In this document: positions 8,320 to 16,574 of the stretch, piece after piece
Numbering within the stretch: the first letter of the stretch is position 1
How the letters are laid out: every line of letters starts with the position of its first letter
DNA from: Saprospirales bacterium
GTDB taxonomy: Bacteria; Bacteroidota; Bacteroidia; Chitinophagales; Saprospiraceae
Assembly (NCBI GenBank): GCA_031414895.1
Contig: JANOQP010001022.1
Location: forward strand, 1-31,356
DNA: 31,356 bases
Direction of reading: 5' to 3'
The notes under the pieces: generated by a model
What the model was told of the DNA's origin: nothing
Databases searched by the model: none
The model's input: the letters and a program-made list of their open reading frames with translations, nothing else
Position numbers and translations under genes: made by a program

Positions 8320-10517
8320 TTATCGGATTTTGAAGATGCGGGTTTCCAGTTCCTGTCGGCTCTCCCGCTCCTCGAAAGGCACGGAGGCCTCGATTCGGTA
8401 GACATGGCCCATATTTTCCGGTGAGATTTGGGCGAGCAGCCGTTCGAGCAGCGCATCGTTCCCGGTGAACTCCTTGCTCGTGCAAATGCTCTGCGTATAG
8501 ACCGCGCTCGCCGTTCGGTAAAAGCCGAGCGCGTAGTTTTCCGAAAACTTGGAGGTTGCCGCGTCCGTGATGAGCGGATAAAGCTCCGCCGCCGGGCCGC
8601 CCCGTTTGGCCGAGATGATGGCCATGATGACGGCGATTTTTATCAAAATCAGGTTCGAGTCGTTGATGCTTGTCAGTTCGCGGCCCTCGGAGTCGAGGTT
8701 GCGGGGCATGAAATTGCCGTTCGGCTGCATTTCCAGTTTGATGCGACCGCGCACGGCCCGGTTTTCCTCGGTCATGGCCGCAAAATGGCGGTTCGCCTCC
8801 GCTTCCAGCCTTTCTATCAGTCGGTTGAAAACCCGGTCGCGCGTGCGCTCTGCAACAGCTTTAAAATCCCGGAGCACGTCCACCTTTTCCTCCAAAACAG
8901 GCGATATCTTTCCCGAGCTCAAATTTTTGAGCTGCTCCTCTTTTTCGCGCATCCGCTCCCACAGTCGTTGCATCTCGGTCTCGATTCGGCTTTTTTCGGT
9001 CGAATATTTTTTCACCGCTTCTTCTTGGCTCCTGAATTCCACAATCAGGCTCTTCGCGCCATCGACCGCCAAATCACCGCCGCCGCCAAGCAGCGACGTG
9101 AGGCCCTGCTCGACAGTAGCGATTTCGGAAAGGCTGTTTTTTCGCCTGTTTTCCGCGTCGGCGATTTCCAGGAAACCGTTGGCAATCCCCTCGTCGGCCC
9201 GTGCGGTGCGGCCTTTCATCGAAAACCCATTTTGGAAAAGCATTTTGAAATCCGCCTCAAAATCCTGTTTGAATATCCGTTTTTCACCTTTCGGCGGTGC
9301 GAACGACTTGTGCGCCCGATCGAGCAGCTCCTTGATTTTTTCAAAAGCCTCTGAACCTTTGGGCGCGGGACGGTCGCAAAAACCTTGCAATGTTCATCCT
9401 TGAGCATGCCCTCGATATAGGGCGGTTCCGGTACGCCCGGTGGCAACAGGAACTCGCGGGAAATTTTTGCCAAAACCTGTTTCTGCAGCTCTGCGGATTT
9501 TTCAAGCTCCATCCGTTTTGATTGATAGGCTTGAAATTTTTCGGCAAAAAGGTCGGTCAGGAAACCTGCGTCCTTCGCCAGCCAATTTTTGTAAAAAAGC
9601 CCTTTTTGCAGCCCGGCGGTCGTTGTTTTCAGCTCATCGTTGGCCTTCCGGAGGCCATCGTTGGCGGTCGTCCGGCGATGGTCGAGCTTGCTTATTTTGT
9701 CCGCATCCTCCAGCCGGGCGAGCTGTTCAAGCCGTTTTTCATTGGCAAATACCCAATTATCGGTCGCTTCCTTCAGCTCTTTTTCGAACCGTTCGAGCTT
9801 CCCCAAAAGTTCTGCGCGCCCGGTCTCAAGCTCCTCGTTCTTCTTTTTGTCGGTCGATGTGCGGTTTCGCTCGCGCCGCAGTTCCTGTTCCGCCGCTTCG
9901 AGGGCGAGCCGAGCGGTTTTCCTGAAAAAATCGAACTCGCTGATATCCGACAGCACGTTGATGGCCCGCGTCAGGGTGTCGTTCTTGTTGAAATCGATGA
10001 GGCTGTTCACCTGTTCTCCCTGAAACCACATGTATGGCTTCACGTCGGGCGGCAGGATCTTGGCTAATGTCCTATCATGGTCGACCAAGTTGAGCGGCCT
10101 CGAATTTTGGTTAGCATCCTTAAAAACGATGGAAAACTGGCTGCCCGCCGGCTCCTGCCATGCCGTCCCATCAACTGTTTTTCGGATTTCATAGCTGCGC
10201 GTCAGGATGTACGCCTCCCGTTTTTCAGAATCGGCAACGGTCATTTCGACCTCCGTTCGGACGGTTTCGCCCGGCTCGCAACGGGCTTTTTCCCGGTCGG
10301 AAACGAGGTTGCCTTTGACCTCCGCCGTTTTGCGGAACTGTGTGCTGTTCGAGTCAAAAACGGCATCGTTCAACGTCCACAAAAACGCATCGTACAATTT
10401 CGACTTGCCCGTATTGTTGTCGCCGATGACGAGGTTCATCCCGGGGCCGAACTCAAAAACATTGTTTTCGCCAGAATAGCATTGAAAATTGCTCAACCGG
10501 ATGGATTGGATATGCAT
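8320..10517 (-). pseudogene. SMC/Rad50-like (DndD/PbeC-like) ABC ATPase, frameshifted at the zinc hook
   Basis: N-terminal half: IRLSNFQCYSG, Walker A GDNNTGKSKL, WFQGEQV, coiled coil. C-terminal half (8320-9390): coiled coil and Walker B-like PLITDAA. The junction reads CAT TGC AAG GTT TT TGC GAC CGT. Removing 2 T from the T5 run (A5 at 9378-9382) restores HCKVCDRP (CxxC hook) and a single 731-aa ORF. Confidence 0.8.
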
Positions 10518-10526
10518 GGCGAGGGG

Positions 10527-10742
10527 TTATTTGGTGGATAAAAACTTGTTGAGCCGCCGCGCCGCCGATTCTTCGGTCTCGTCCTCCTTTTTGGACAAAA
10601 TGGCCTGTTTCAATGCTTCGACAAACTTGCTTTCCGTCTTGTCGATGAATTGCAGCCCTTCGACGGCCTCCGGGCTGATATGACCTTTATCCCCGACCAA
10701 CGGGTCGCGGAGGAATTCTTTGAGCAGTTCTTCTTTTGTCAT
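10527..10742 (-). CDS. Small 71-aa protein between helicase and SMC ATPase (PbeB-like position)
   Basis: MTKEELLKEFLRDPLV...AARRLNKFLSTK. Its ATG overlaps the helicase TGA (ATGA) and its stop is 9 bp from the SMC start. Confidence 0.65.
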   Translation of the reverse strand: MTKEELLKEFLRDPLVGDKGHISPEAVEGLQFIDKTESKFVEALKQAILSKKEDETEESAARRLNKFLSTK

Positions 10743-12844
10743 GTTGCGGCAAGGGTTTGGTGTATTTCGTGCAGGTTCAAATGATAATGGTCGCAAATAT
10801 CTTGCAACGCCCGCAAAGATTCATGCCTATTTATCGCCATAAACGCAAAGTGGGCGACCCGTTCAAGTTCTTTCCGAACAAGGTTGCGCTCCATCAGAAA
10901 GACCCCTTCGTCAAGCCCATCGAGCGGCGGCACGACCACCAAATCGTGGATTTCAGCGAGGTGCTTTTCGGGATGTTTTCGCAAAACGCGCCCGCGCCGT
11001 TGGATGAACTGCCGCGGGTTGCCCGTGCTCGAACAGAAAATGGCAAGCTCCGCCCGCGGCACGTCGATTCCCTCGTCGAGGCATTTCATGGAAGCCAAAA
11101 CATGGATTTCACCCTTTTGAAATTGCTCCAAAATCTGGTCGCGGTCGGGCGTGATGCCAGTAAAACGGTTCACCCGAACGGAAGAATGAATCGTGCCGAT
11201 GGCCTGCGTGTATTGGTCGATAATGCGCAAGTCGGCCTCGCCTTCGGTCAAAAAATCTTCGTTTTCGGGCGAAAAGCCCTCCGGCACATAGACAAAGGTG
11301 AATTTTAGGTGGCCCAGTTCATTCCATTTTTTTTGCAAAATCTGTCGCGTTCGGTCGAGCTTGTTGGCCGCTTTTTGGATGATGCGCTTTCGAGCCAAAA
11401 GCAATTTTTCCGTCAAATCGGGCCGCCGCGATTCGCCCGTTTTTCCATCGAAATATCGGGCGAGCTTTTTTGAGATCTCGGAGTATTCCGACATTTCAGC
11501 GGGCAAAAGCTCAACGAGGTGCGGGAAATAACGGTACCTGCAAAGCGCGCCCGATTCGATGGCGCGCTCCATCGGCAGCGAAAAAACGAACGGTTCGCGG
11601 TCGCCAAAAAATGCCTCCATCGCCGCCGTGCCTTCGGGGTCGTAACTCCGGCGGGGCGTCGCCGAAAGGCCGATGCGATTTTTCAAATGCACATTTGGTA
11701 AAACAGCTTGCACGCGCGGGGAGGCCAGATTATGGCCCTCATCGGCGATAAAAAGCGTCTCTCCGGGCAGTTTTTTGAAAAAATACTGGAATCGCTCGCG
11801 ATAGAAAGAGGCATAGGTCACAATCAAAATGAACGACCGTTCTCCGCCACCAAAACGAATGGAGGCGAGCAGCCGGTCAAGTTCACGCTCCCAATCGGTC
11901 TTTGATGAAATTTTCAGGATGCCCGAAAAACGGAACGCCTCGGCCTCTTTTTCCCATTGCTCGACGAGCGAAACCGTCGGCGCGAGGATGACCGCCTGAA
12001 AAATGCCGCCCCGTTTTTGCGATTCCAAAAGCAGACAGTTGAGGGCAGTGATGGTCTTGCCCGTCCCGGTCGCCATGGCAAAAATGCCGCGCTGGCCATT
12101 TTCGAGCCAGTTTTCGTATGCCTGTTTTTGATAATCGCGCGCCCCTTCGACAAAGGGGAAGCGGGGTTTCTGTAACCAAGCTTCCACTTTTCGGCGAGTC
12201 CGTTCGAGCGCCTCGCGGATATGTTTTTGTTGAAAATGCCGGGCCGTTTCTTCCAAAAGCTGCGATTCGTCGGCCAAAAGCTCGTCCATCGTTCTTCCCC
12301 CGAAATGTTCCGCGATGGATGTTTCTATTTTTTCAAAAGGCAGGTATTCCACGAATTCCGCCTGTTTCAAGAAGATTTTTTCAAAATAACCCCGCTGTTC
12401 AGAAATTGCGCCGCCCTCCCCTGCCCCACCCCATGAGCACCGGACAGAGAGTTCTTCGAGGTTTTCCAAAAATCCGCTTGCCGTGAAATTGCACGACGAC
12501 TTGAACGCGACCTCATCTTCCCCGTCCGAAAAAATTCCTGATTTATAATGGGAAATACCACGCCCGGTTTTTGGCCGAACAACAACGATTTCGAGCAGCT
12601 GCGACGCTATAAGCCATGCGAGGCACTCAAAGAAATGGCGGCCCGTGCCGTCGAGCCGCCGCTTTAGGTCGTCAAAATTGATGGCCGTGGTATCTAACGT
12701 CCCTTCCTCCGACCGTTCTCCAACGAGTAACGCCGTTTTGTCCTTTTCCGAAAGGATATGGTTGATGACCATCCGCACTCGCCCACCGCCACTCAAAAAC
12801 CGGGCAAAACCGAGCGACGTTGGTATTGATATTTCGGAGAGCAT
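10739..12844 (-). CDS. PLD-like nuclease + SF2 helicase (type III Res-like; phosphorothioation-associated restriction enzyme / PbeA-like), possibly 5'-truncated
   Basis: 701 aa. PLD-like ISHYKSGIFSD...FKSSCNFT. SF2 motifs MATGTGKT, FIADEGHNL, GLSATP, CLDEGIDVP and QFIQRRGRVLR. Confidence 0.8.
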   Translation of the reverse strand: MLSEISIPTSLGFARFLSGGGRVRMVINHILSEKDKTALLVGERSEEGTLDTTAINFDDLKRRLDGTGRHFFECLAWLIASQLLEIVVVRPKTGRGISHYKSGIFSDGEDEVAFKSSCNFTASGFLENLEELSVRCSWGGAGEGGAISEQRGYFEKIFLKQAEFVEYLPFEKIETSIAEHFGGRTMDELLADESQLLEETARHFQQKHIREALERTRRKVEAWLQKPRFPFVEGARDYQKQAYENWLENGQRGIFAMATGTGKTITALNCLLLESQKRGGIFQAVILAPTVSLVEQWEKEAEAFRFSGILKISSKTDWERELDRLLASIRFGGGERSFILIVTYASFYRERFQYFFKKLPGETLFIADEGHNLASPRVQAVLPNVHLKNRIGLSATPRRSYDPEGTAAMEAFFGDREPFVFSLPMERAIESGALCRYRYFPHLVELLPAEMSEYSEISKKLARYFDGKTGESRRPDLTEKLLLARKRIIQKAANKLDRTRQILQKKWNELGHLKFTFVYVPEGFSPENEDFLTEGEADLRIIDQYTQAIGTIHSSVRVNRFTGITPDRDQILEQFQKGEIHVLASMKCLDEGIDVPRAELAIFCSSTGNPRQFIQRRGRVLRKHPEKHLAEIHDLVVVPPLDGLDEGVFLMERNLVRKELERVAHFAFMAINRHESLRALQDICDHYHLNLHEIHQTLAAT

Positions 12845-12918
12845 TCGATTCAGATGTTCAATCTTATTTTTATTTTTGCTGGCACAAACAAGTCAATAAA
12901 CAATTTTTTGCCAGTTAT

Positions 12919-13254
12919 ATGCCAATTATTTGCCCGATTTGCGAAACCGAGTTCACAGGCCGCAGTAACAAAAAATTCTGCACCGAACGATGCCGTTCCT
13001 TGCACAACACCCGGCTTTACTTGGGGCGAAATTCAACATTTTTCGACCAAGAAAGGCTGCGCCGCCAAAATGCAAAAGCCCTGAAAAGCATCCATGTCGT
13101 TATTGGCGATGCCGCATTTGGCCACGATATCTTAAAACGGGTAGGTTTTCAATATCAAGTGACTACTTTTTCACCCGAAACCTTTTCGTTGGACTTTGGC
13201 AATTACCGCCTTGTCCGCCTCGAAAAAGACAAATTTGTTGTTCAAAAAACCTGA
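12919..13254 (+). CDS. Small Zn-ribbon protein (CxxC...GR..KKFC...CR), common Bacteroidota hypothetical
   Basis: 111 aa from ATG 12919: MPIICPICETEFTGRSNKKFCTERCRSLHN. Confidence 0.65.
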   Translation: MPIICPICETEFTGRSNKKFCTERCRSLHNTRLYLGRNSTFFDQERLRRQNAKALKSIHVVIGDAAFGHDILKRVGFQYQVTTFSPETFSLDFGNYRLVRLEKDKFVVQKT

Positions 13255-13257
13255 TTT

Positions 13258-13491
13258 ATGGAAAGCTCATCAATCTCCAAGTTTATAGGCGGCCGCATCA
13301 ACAGCGAAAGAAAAGGCCTTTTGCGCCTCTTGCTTGCCGTCATCGTAATTTTTTCCGCCATCCTTTTGCGTCTCTTCTATTTGCACAAAAAAGAAAAACA
13401 GGACAACCAAGAGCGAGCCGACCAAGCCCTACTCCGGGCAGCACATTTGGAGGTCAAGTTGGGGCTGCTCCGCCCGCAAGGCCCGAAGTAG
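13258..13491 (+). CDS. Small single-pass membrane hypothetical protein
   Basis: 77 aa, starting 3 bp after the previous stop. Hydrophobic stretch LLRLLLAVIVIFSAILLRLFYL. Confidence 0.45.
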   Translation: MESSSISKFIGGRINSERKGLLRLLLAVIVIFSAILLRLFYLHKKEKQDNQERADQALLRAAHLEVKLGLLRPQGPK

Positions 13492-13588
13492 GAACAATCC
13501 GAAAATTTGAAGACGCACCGCCATTGGGTGTTGTGCTAATTTTTAGTGCCCTTCCCGACTTCTGCGAAAATGTTTTTTGCTCATTTTT

Positions 13589-13632
13589 TACTTAAAAATA
13601 AGTAACTGTGTATTTTTAAGTAAATATAAGTA
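13589..13632. repeat. TACTTA/TAAGTA repeat cluster 1 (parS/operator-like) upstream of parA
   Basis: TACTTA at 13589; TAAGTA at 13599, 13617 and 13627. Confidence 0.6.
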
Positions 13633-13638
13633 CGTTTG
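13631..13638 (+). promoter_or_regulatory. Bacteroidota -7 promoter box for parA
   Basis: TACGTTTG matches the TAnnTTTG consensus, lies 38 bp before ATG 13677 and overlaps a TAAGTA repeat. No clear -33 box was found. Confidence 0.45.
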
Positions 13639-13676
13639 TCCGCACATTTGCCATTAGCGGCAAACCCGTTTTTTTC

Positions 13677-14348
13677 ATGATTATATCAGTGATGAACCTC
13701 AAGGGCGGTGTCGGTAAAAGCACCGTCACCCAAAATTTGGCCGTGTGGTTTGCACATGCCGGAAAAAAAGTCTGCATTGGCGACACCGACAACGAGCAAC
13801 AGACCTCCATGAAATGGGCAGGGCAGCGCGATGACGACCGTCCCAAAATCCCAGTTTTCGGGGTCACTACCGCCAAATCAAAATCTGCTTTCACTACCGA
13901 TAACGGCAAGGCGCTTGTCGCCAATATCAAGGCGCTGCACAACGATTACGATGTGGTATTGCTTGATGGAACGCCCATTTTGAGCGAACTGGCGACTTGG
14001 ATGATATTGGCCTCGGACATTGTCATCTGCCCCATCGAGCCGAGCCCGGCGGATATATGGTCGCTGCAGAACGTGCGCGAACGGTTCGAACAGGTGCGGT
14101 CACTGGGGACGGAAATCCCTGCATATATCCTTCTCAATAAACACAATTTTAGCCGCAACCTTGACCGGGAAATCGAGGCCAATTTGGCACAGTTCGGGAT
14201 GCCCGTGCTGAAGTCCCGGCTCACCTATCGCGTTTCGTACAAAGAGGCTATGATTGAAGGCGTCGGTGTTTTTGAGTACCGCGACCCGAAGGCAAAAGAG
14301 GAAATAAGGAGACTGGCTGAGGAAATACAGCTTTTGGTTGCAAAGTAA
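13677..14348 (+). CDS. parA: ParA family partition ATPase (short, type Ib-like)
   Basis: 223 aa. Deviant Walker A NLKGGVGKST, IGDTDNEQQTS, YDVVLLDGTP, SDIVICPIEPS and RVSYKEA. Confidence 0.92.
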   Translation: MIISVMNLKGGVGKSTVTQNLAVWFAHAGKKVCIGDTDNEQQTSMKWAGQRDDDRPKIPVFGVTTAKSKSAFTTDNGKALVANIKALHNDYDVVLLDGTPILSELATWMILASDIVICPIEPSPADIWSLQNVRERFEQVRSLGTEIPAYILLNKHNFSRNLDREIEANLAQFGMPVLKSRLTYRVSYKEAMIEGVGVFEYRDPKAKEEIRRLAEEIQLLVAK

Positions 14349-14351
14349 AAA

Positions 14352-14375
14352 TACTTAAATACTTATCCATACTTA
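14352..14375. repeat. TACTTA repeat cluster 2 between parA and its partner gene
   Basis: TACTTA at 14352, 14360 and 14370. Confidence 0.6.
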
Positions 14376-14388
14376 AATTTAATCAAAA

Positions 14389-14706
14389 ATGTCGAACAAG
14401 CGCACCAAATCCATCGCGGATTCCCTGTTGCCAAAGCCGGAGGCCAAGCGTGAACTTGATTTGAACGCGCTCGAAATGCAGGTCCGGGCCATCCACCTCC
14501 AAGCCGAAGCGGCCCCCTCCCCCACCCCACCCCTACAAAGGGAGCCAGAATTGCCGCCCGTCGAAAAAATGTATCGTTTGAGCATCGACTTGCCCGAAAG
14601 CCTATATTTCAAGATGAAGGAGACGCTTGGCCGGCGGCGACCCTCGGTGACCAACCGGGCGTTCGTGGTGAATTTGATTGAAAATGAATTACTTAAAATT
14701 GAGTAA
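14389..14706 (+). CDS. Small ParA partner, probable ribbon-helix-helix centromere-binding protein (ParG-like)
   Basis: 105 aa directly downstream of parA. Disordered Pro-rich N-terminus and C-terminal YRLSIDLPESLYFKMKE...NRAFVVNLIENEL (beta strand-helix-helix pattern). Confidence 0.6.
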   Translation: MSNKRTKSIADSLLPKPEAKRELDLNALEMQVRAIHLQAEAAPSPTPPLQREPELPPVEKMYRLSIDLPESLYFKMKETLGRRRPSVTNRAFVVNLIENELLKIE

Positions 14707-14740
14707 ATACTTATTTTTAAACAAATACTTAAAATACTTC
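14690..14740. repeat. TACTTA repeat cluster 3 at the 3' end of the par operon
   Basis: TACTTA at 14690, 14708 and 14726; TGAGTA at 14700; TACTTC at 14735. Confidence 0.6.
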
Positions 14741-14939
14741 TTTCGTATCCTATTGAATCAAATCACCTGTGTCAACTGCTTTTATCTTTCGATTTTGGTG
14801 GCTGATTTTAATTTTCCGCCAAAATTTTAAAAAAGATTGGGATTTACATGTTTTTGGATCGTTGTAGCTTAAAGTGAAAATAAAGCGATTTTTTTGAATT
14901 CGGGCTTTTTGCCTAAAAACTGGGTTTGTCCCATATATT

Positions 14940-14979
14940 TACTCAAATACTCATTTGCTTACTTTTACTTAAATAAGTA
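14940..14979. repeat. TACTTA/TACTCA repeat cluster 4 upstream of the Bro-N gene
   Basis: TACTCA at 14940 and 14948, TACTTA at 14966, TAAGTA at 14974. Confidence 0.55.
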
Positions 14980-14995
14980 AATCTATTTTCATCTT

Positions 14996-15850
14996 ATGGA
15001 CGGAAACGCACACCTCATCTTGTTTCAGGAAAAAGAGATTCGGCGCATTTGGCACGCCGAAGCATGGTTCTTTTCCGTGGTTGATGTCGTCCAAACCTTG
15101 ACCTACAGCCCGAACCCGCGCAATTATTGGAACATGCTCAAAAAGCGTGAGCCGCAGTTGTACACGGTTTGTGTACAACTGAAAATGCCCAGCGCCGATG
15201 GCAAAAAGTACGCAACCGATTGCGCCAACACGGAAGGCTTGTTGCGCATCATCATGGCCATCCCGTCGCCAAATGCGGAGCCGTTCAAGCTCTGGCTGGC
15301 AAGGGTGGGGCAGGAGCGCATCGATGAAATAGAAAACCCCGAACTTGCGGCACGACGCGCACGCGACCTCTATAAATTGAAAGGGTATCCCGATGATTGG
15401 ATAGAATCGCGATTGAAGAGCATCGATATGCGGCAACAACTGACCGATGAATGGAAAGGGCGCGGCGTGCAGGAGGGCATCGAATATTCGATTTTGACCG
15501 CCGAAATATCAAAGGCGACCTTCGGGATGACCCCTTCCGAGTACAAGGGCCACAAAGGCCTGCGCCGCGAAAACCTCCGCGATCACATGACCAATTTGGA
15601 GCTCATTTTCACCATGCTCGGGGAGGAAACAACCAGAAAGGAGGCCGTGGACGACGATGCAGTGGGCTTCGATGATAACCGCCGGGCGGCCATAAAGGGT
15701 GGTACGGCGGCGGGTGGTGCGTTGCAGACCTATGAAAAAATCACCGGTAAGCCTGTCGTCACTCAAGACAATTTCCTCGGTTTGGCCTCCGGGAAAAAGA
15801 CGCGAATCAAGAAAGTTGGACTCGATGAAGAGTCAAACCCACCCGAATGA
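14996..15850 (+). CDS. Bro-N domain DNA-binding protein (phage antirepressor-like)
   Basis: 284 aa. IRRIWHAEAWFFSVVDVV...RNYWNMLKKR...QLKMPSADGKKYATDCANTEGLLRIIMAIPSPNAEPFKLWLA and ENLRDHMTNLELIF. Confidence 0.8.
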   Translation: MDGNAHLILFQEKEIRRIWHAEAWFFSVVDVVQTLTYSPNPRNYWNMLKKREPQLYTVCVQLKMPSADGKKYATDCANTEGLLRIIMAIPSPNAEPFKLWLARVGQERIDEIENPELAARRARDLYKLKGYPDDWIESRLKSIDMRQQLTDEWKGRGVQEGIEYSILTAEISKATFGMTPSEYKGHKGLRRENLRDHMTNLELIFTMLGEETTRKEAVDDDAVGFDDNRRAAIKGGTAAGGALQTYEKITGKPVVTQDNFLGLASGKKTRIKKVGLDEESNPPE

Positions 15851-15853
15851 CCC

Positions 15854-16551
15854 ATGACAAAAACCGGAAGCCGAAAGGGTGGGGGAGGGTGGTGCGCAAT
15901 TGGGAGGGGCAAACATTTTTTATACCTCAAAAAAATAAACACCAACAAGCGGTATTCCCTGTTGGTGTTTATTTTTTTTTGAATAATTTATTGTTTACAT
16001 CCTTTGCAACTTATTCATTTTCAAGGAGTTACAAGGTTTTGTATGACAAATACCGGAGGTTGCAGGGACAAATACCGGAGACTGTTATGACAAATACCGG
16101 AGGTGTCAATGACGAAATACGGAGGTAACTATGACAATGACCGGAGACTGGGCACGGCATTGATTTTTTATGACAAAAACCGGAGGTGAGGTGTATTTTG
16201 GGACGGGAACTTCATTTTATTAAACAATTTTACTTATTTACTTACAAGTAAGTAGAAATAAGGCCTGTAAAAACCATTTTTAGTTGAATTGAAGAGGGGG
16301 TAAGGGCAATATTCTACCCAAAAAGCGAATACGGCCGAGACATTTGACCGCCCTCTATGACAAAAACCGGAAACAAGGACGTCGAACTATGACAAATACC
16401 GGAGGATAAATCAATGTTTTACCCGACCTATGACAAAAACCGGAGGCAGGGCCGATTTTTTTGACCGAAAACGGAAAACTATTGGTAGGGCAGGGGGGCA
16501 GGTTCAAAAAACGGCCTGTTACATTTGGCCGAACCTCCGGGTAATGTCATA
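15854..16551 (+). repeat. Iteron-type replication origin: about 11 copies of TATGACAAA(T/A)ACCGGAGG around an AT-rich segment
   Basis: Copies at 15854, 16042, 16064, 16086, 16108, 16130 (the last five at exact 22-bp period), 16169, 16356, 16388 and 16429, plus an inverted copy at 16534-16551. AT-rich tract at about 16210-16290. Lies immediately upstream of the Rep_3 gene. Confidence 0.9.
16520..16527 (+). promoter_or_regulatory. Bacteroidota -7 promoter box for rep, followed by an inverted iteron (autorepression site)
   Basis: TACATTTG (TAnnTTTG) at 16520-16527, inverted iteron CCTCCGGGTAATGTCATA at 16534-16551, ATG at 16575. Confidence 0.55.
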
Positions 16552-16574
16552 GTTCTTATAAAAACAGCCGCTCG

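Noticed and set aside
8320-10517. Two separate genes (433 aa and 356 aa)
   Set aside because: Walker A and Walker B halves are split, and the overlap reconstitutes a CxxC hook with a 2-nt correction. It is one frameshifted gene.
14512-14534. C-run tract as a G-quadruplex/regulatory element
   Set aside because: It is explained by proline codons (APSPTPPL) in the par partner gene.
15847-16128. 93-aa ORF across the origin
   Set aside because: It runs through iterons and AT-rich DNA and its peptide mirrors the repeat. It is most likely spurious.
16042-16186. Regular repeats as a CRISPR array
   Set aside because: The period is only 22 bp with 4-bp gaps, there are no unique 25-45 bp spacers or cas genes, and the array sits beside a Rep_3 gene. 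These are iterons.
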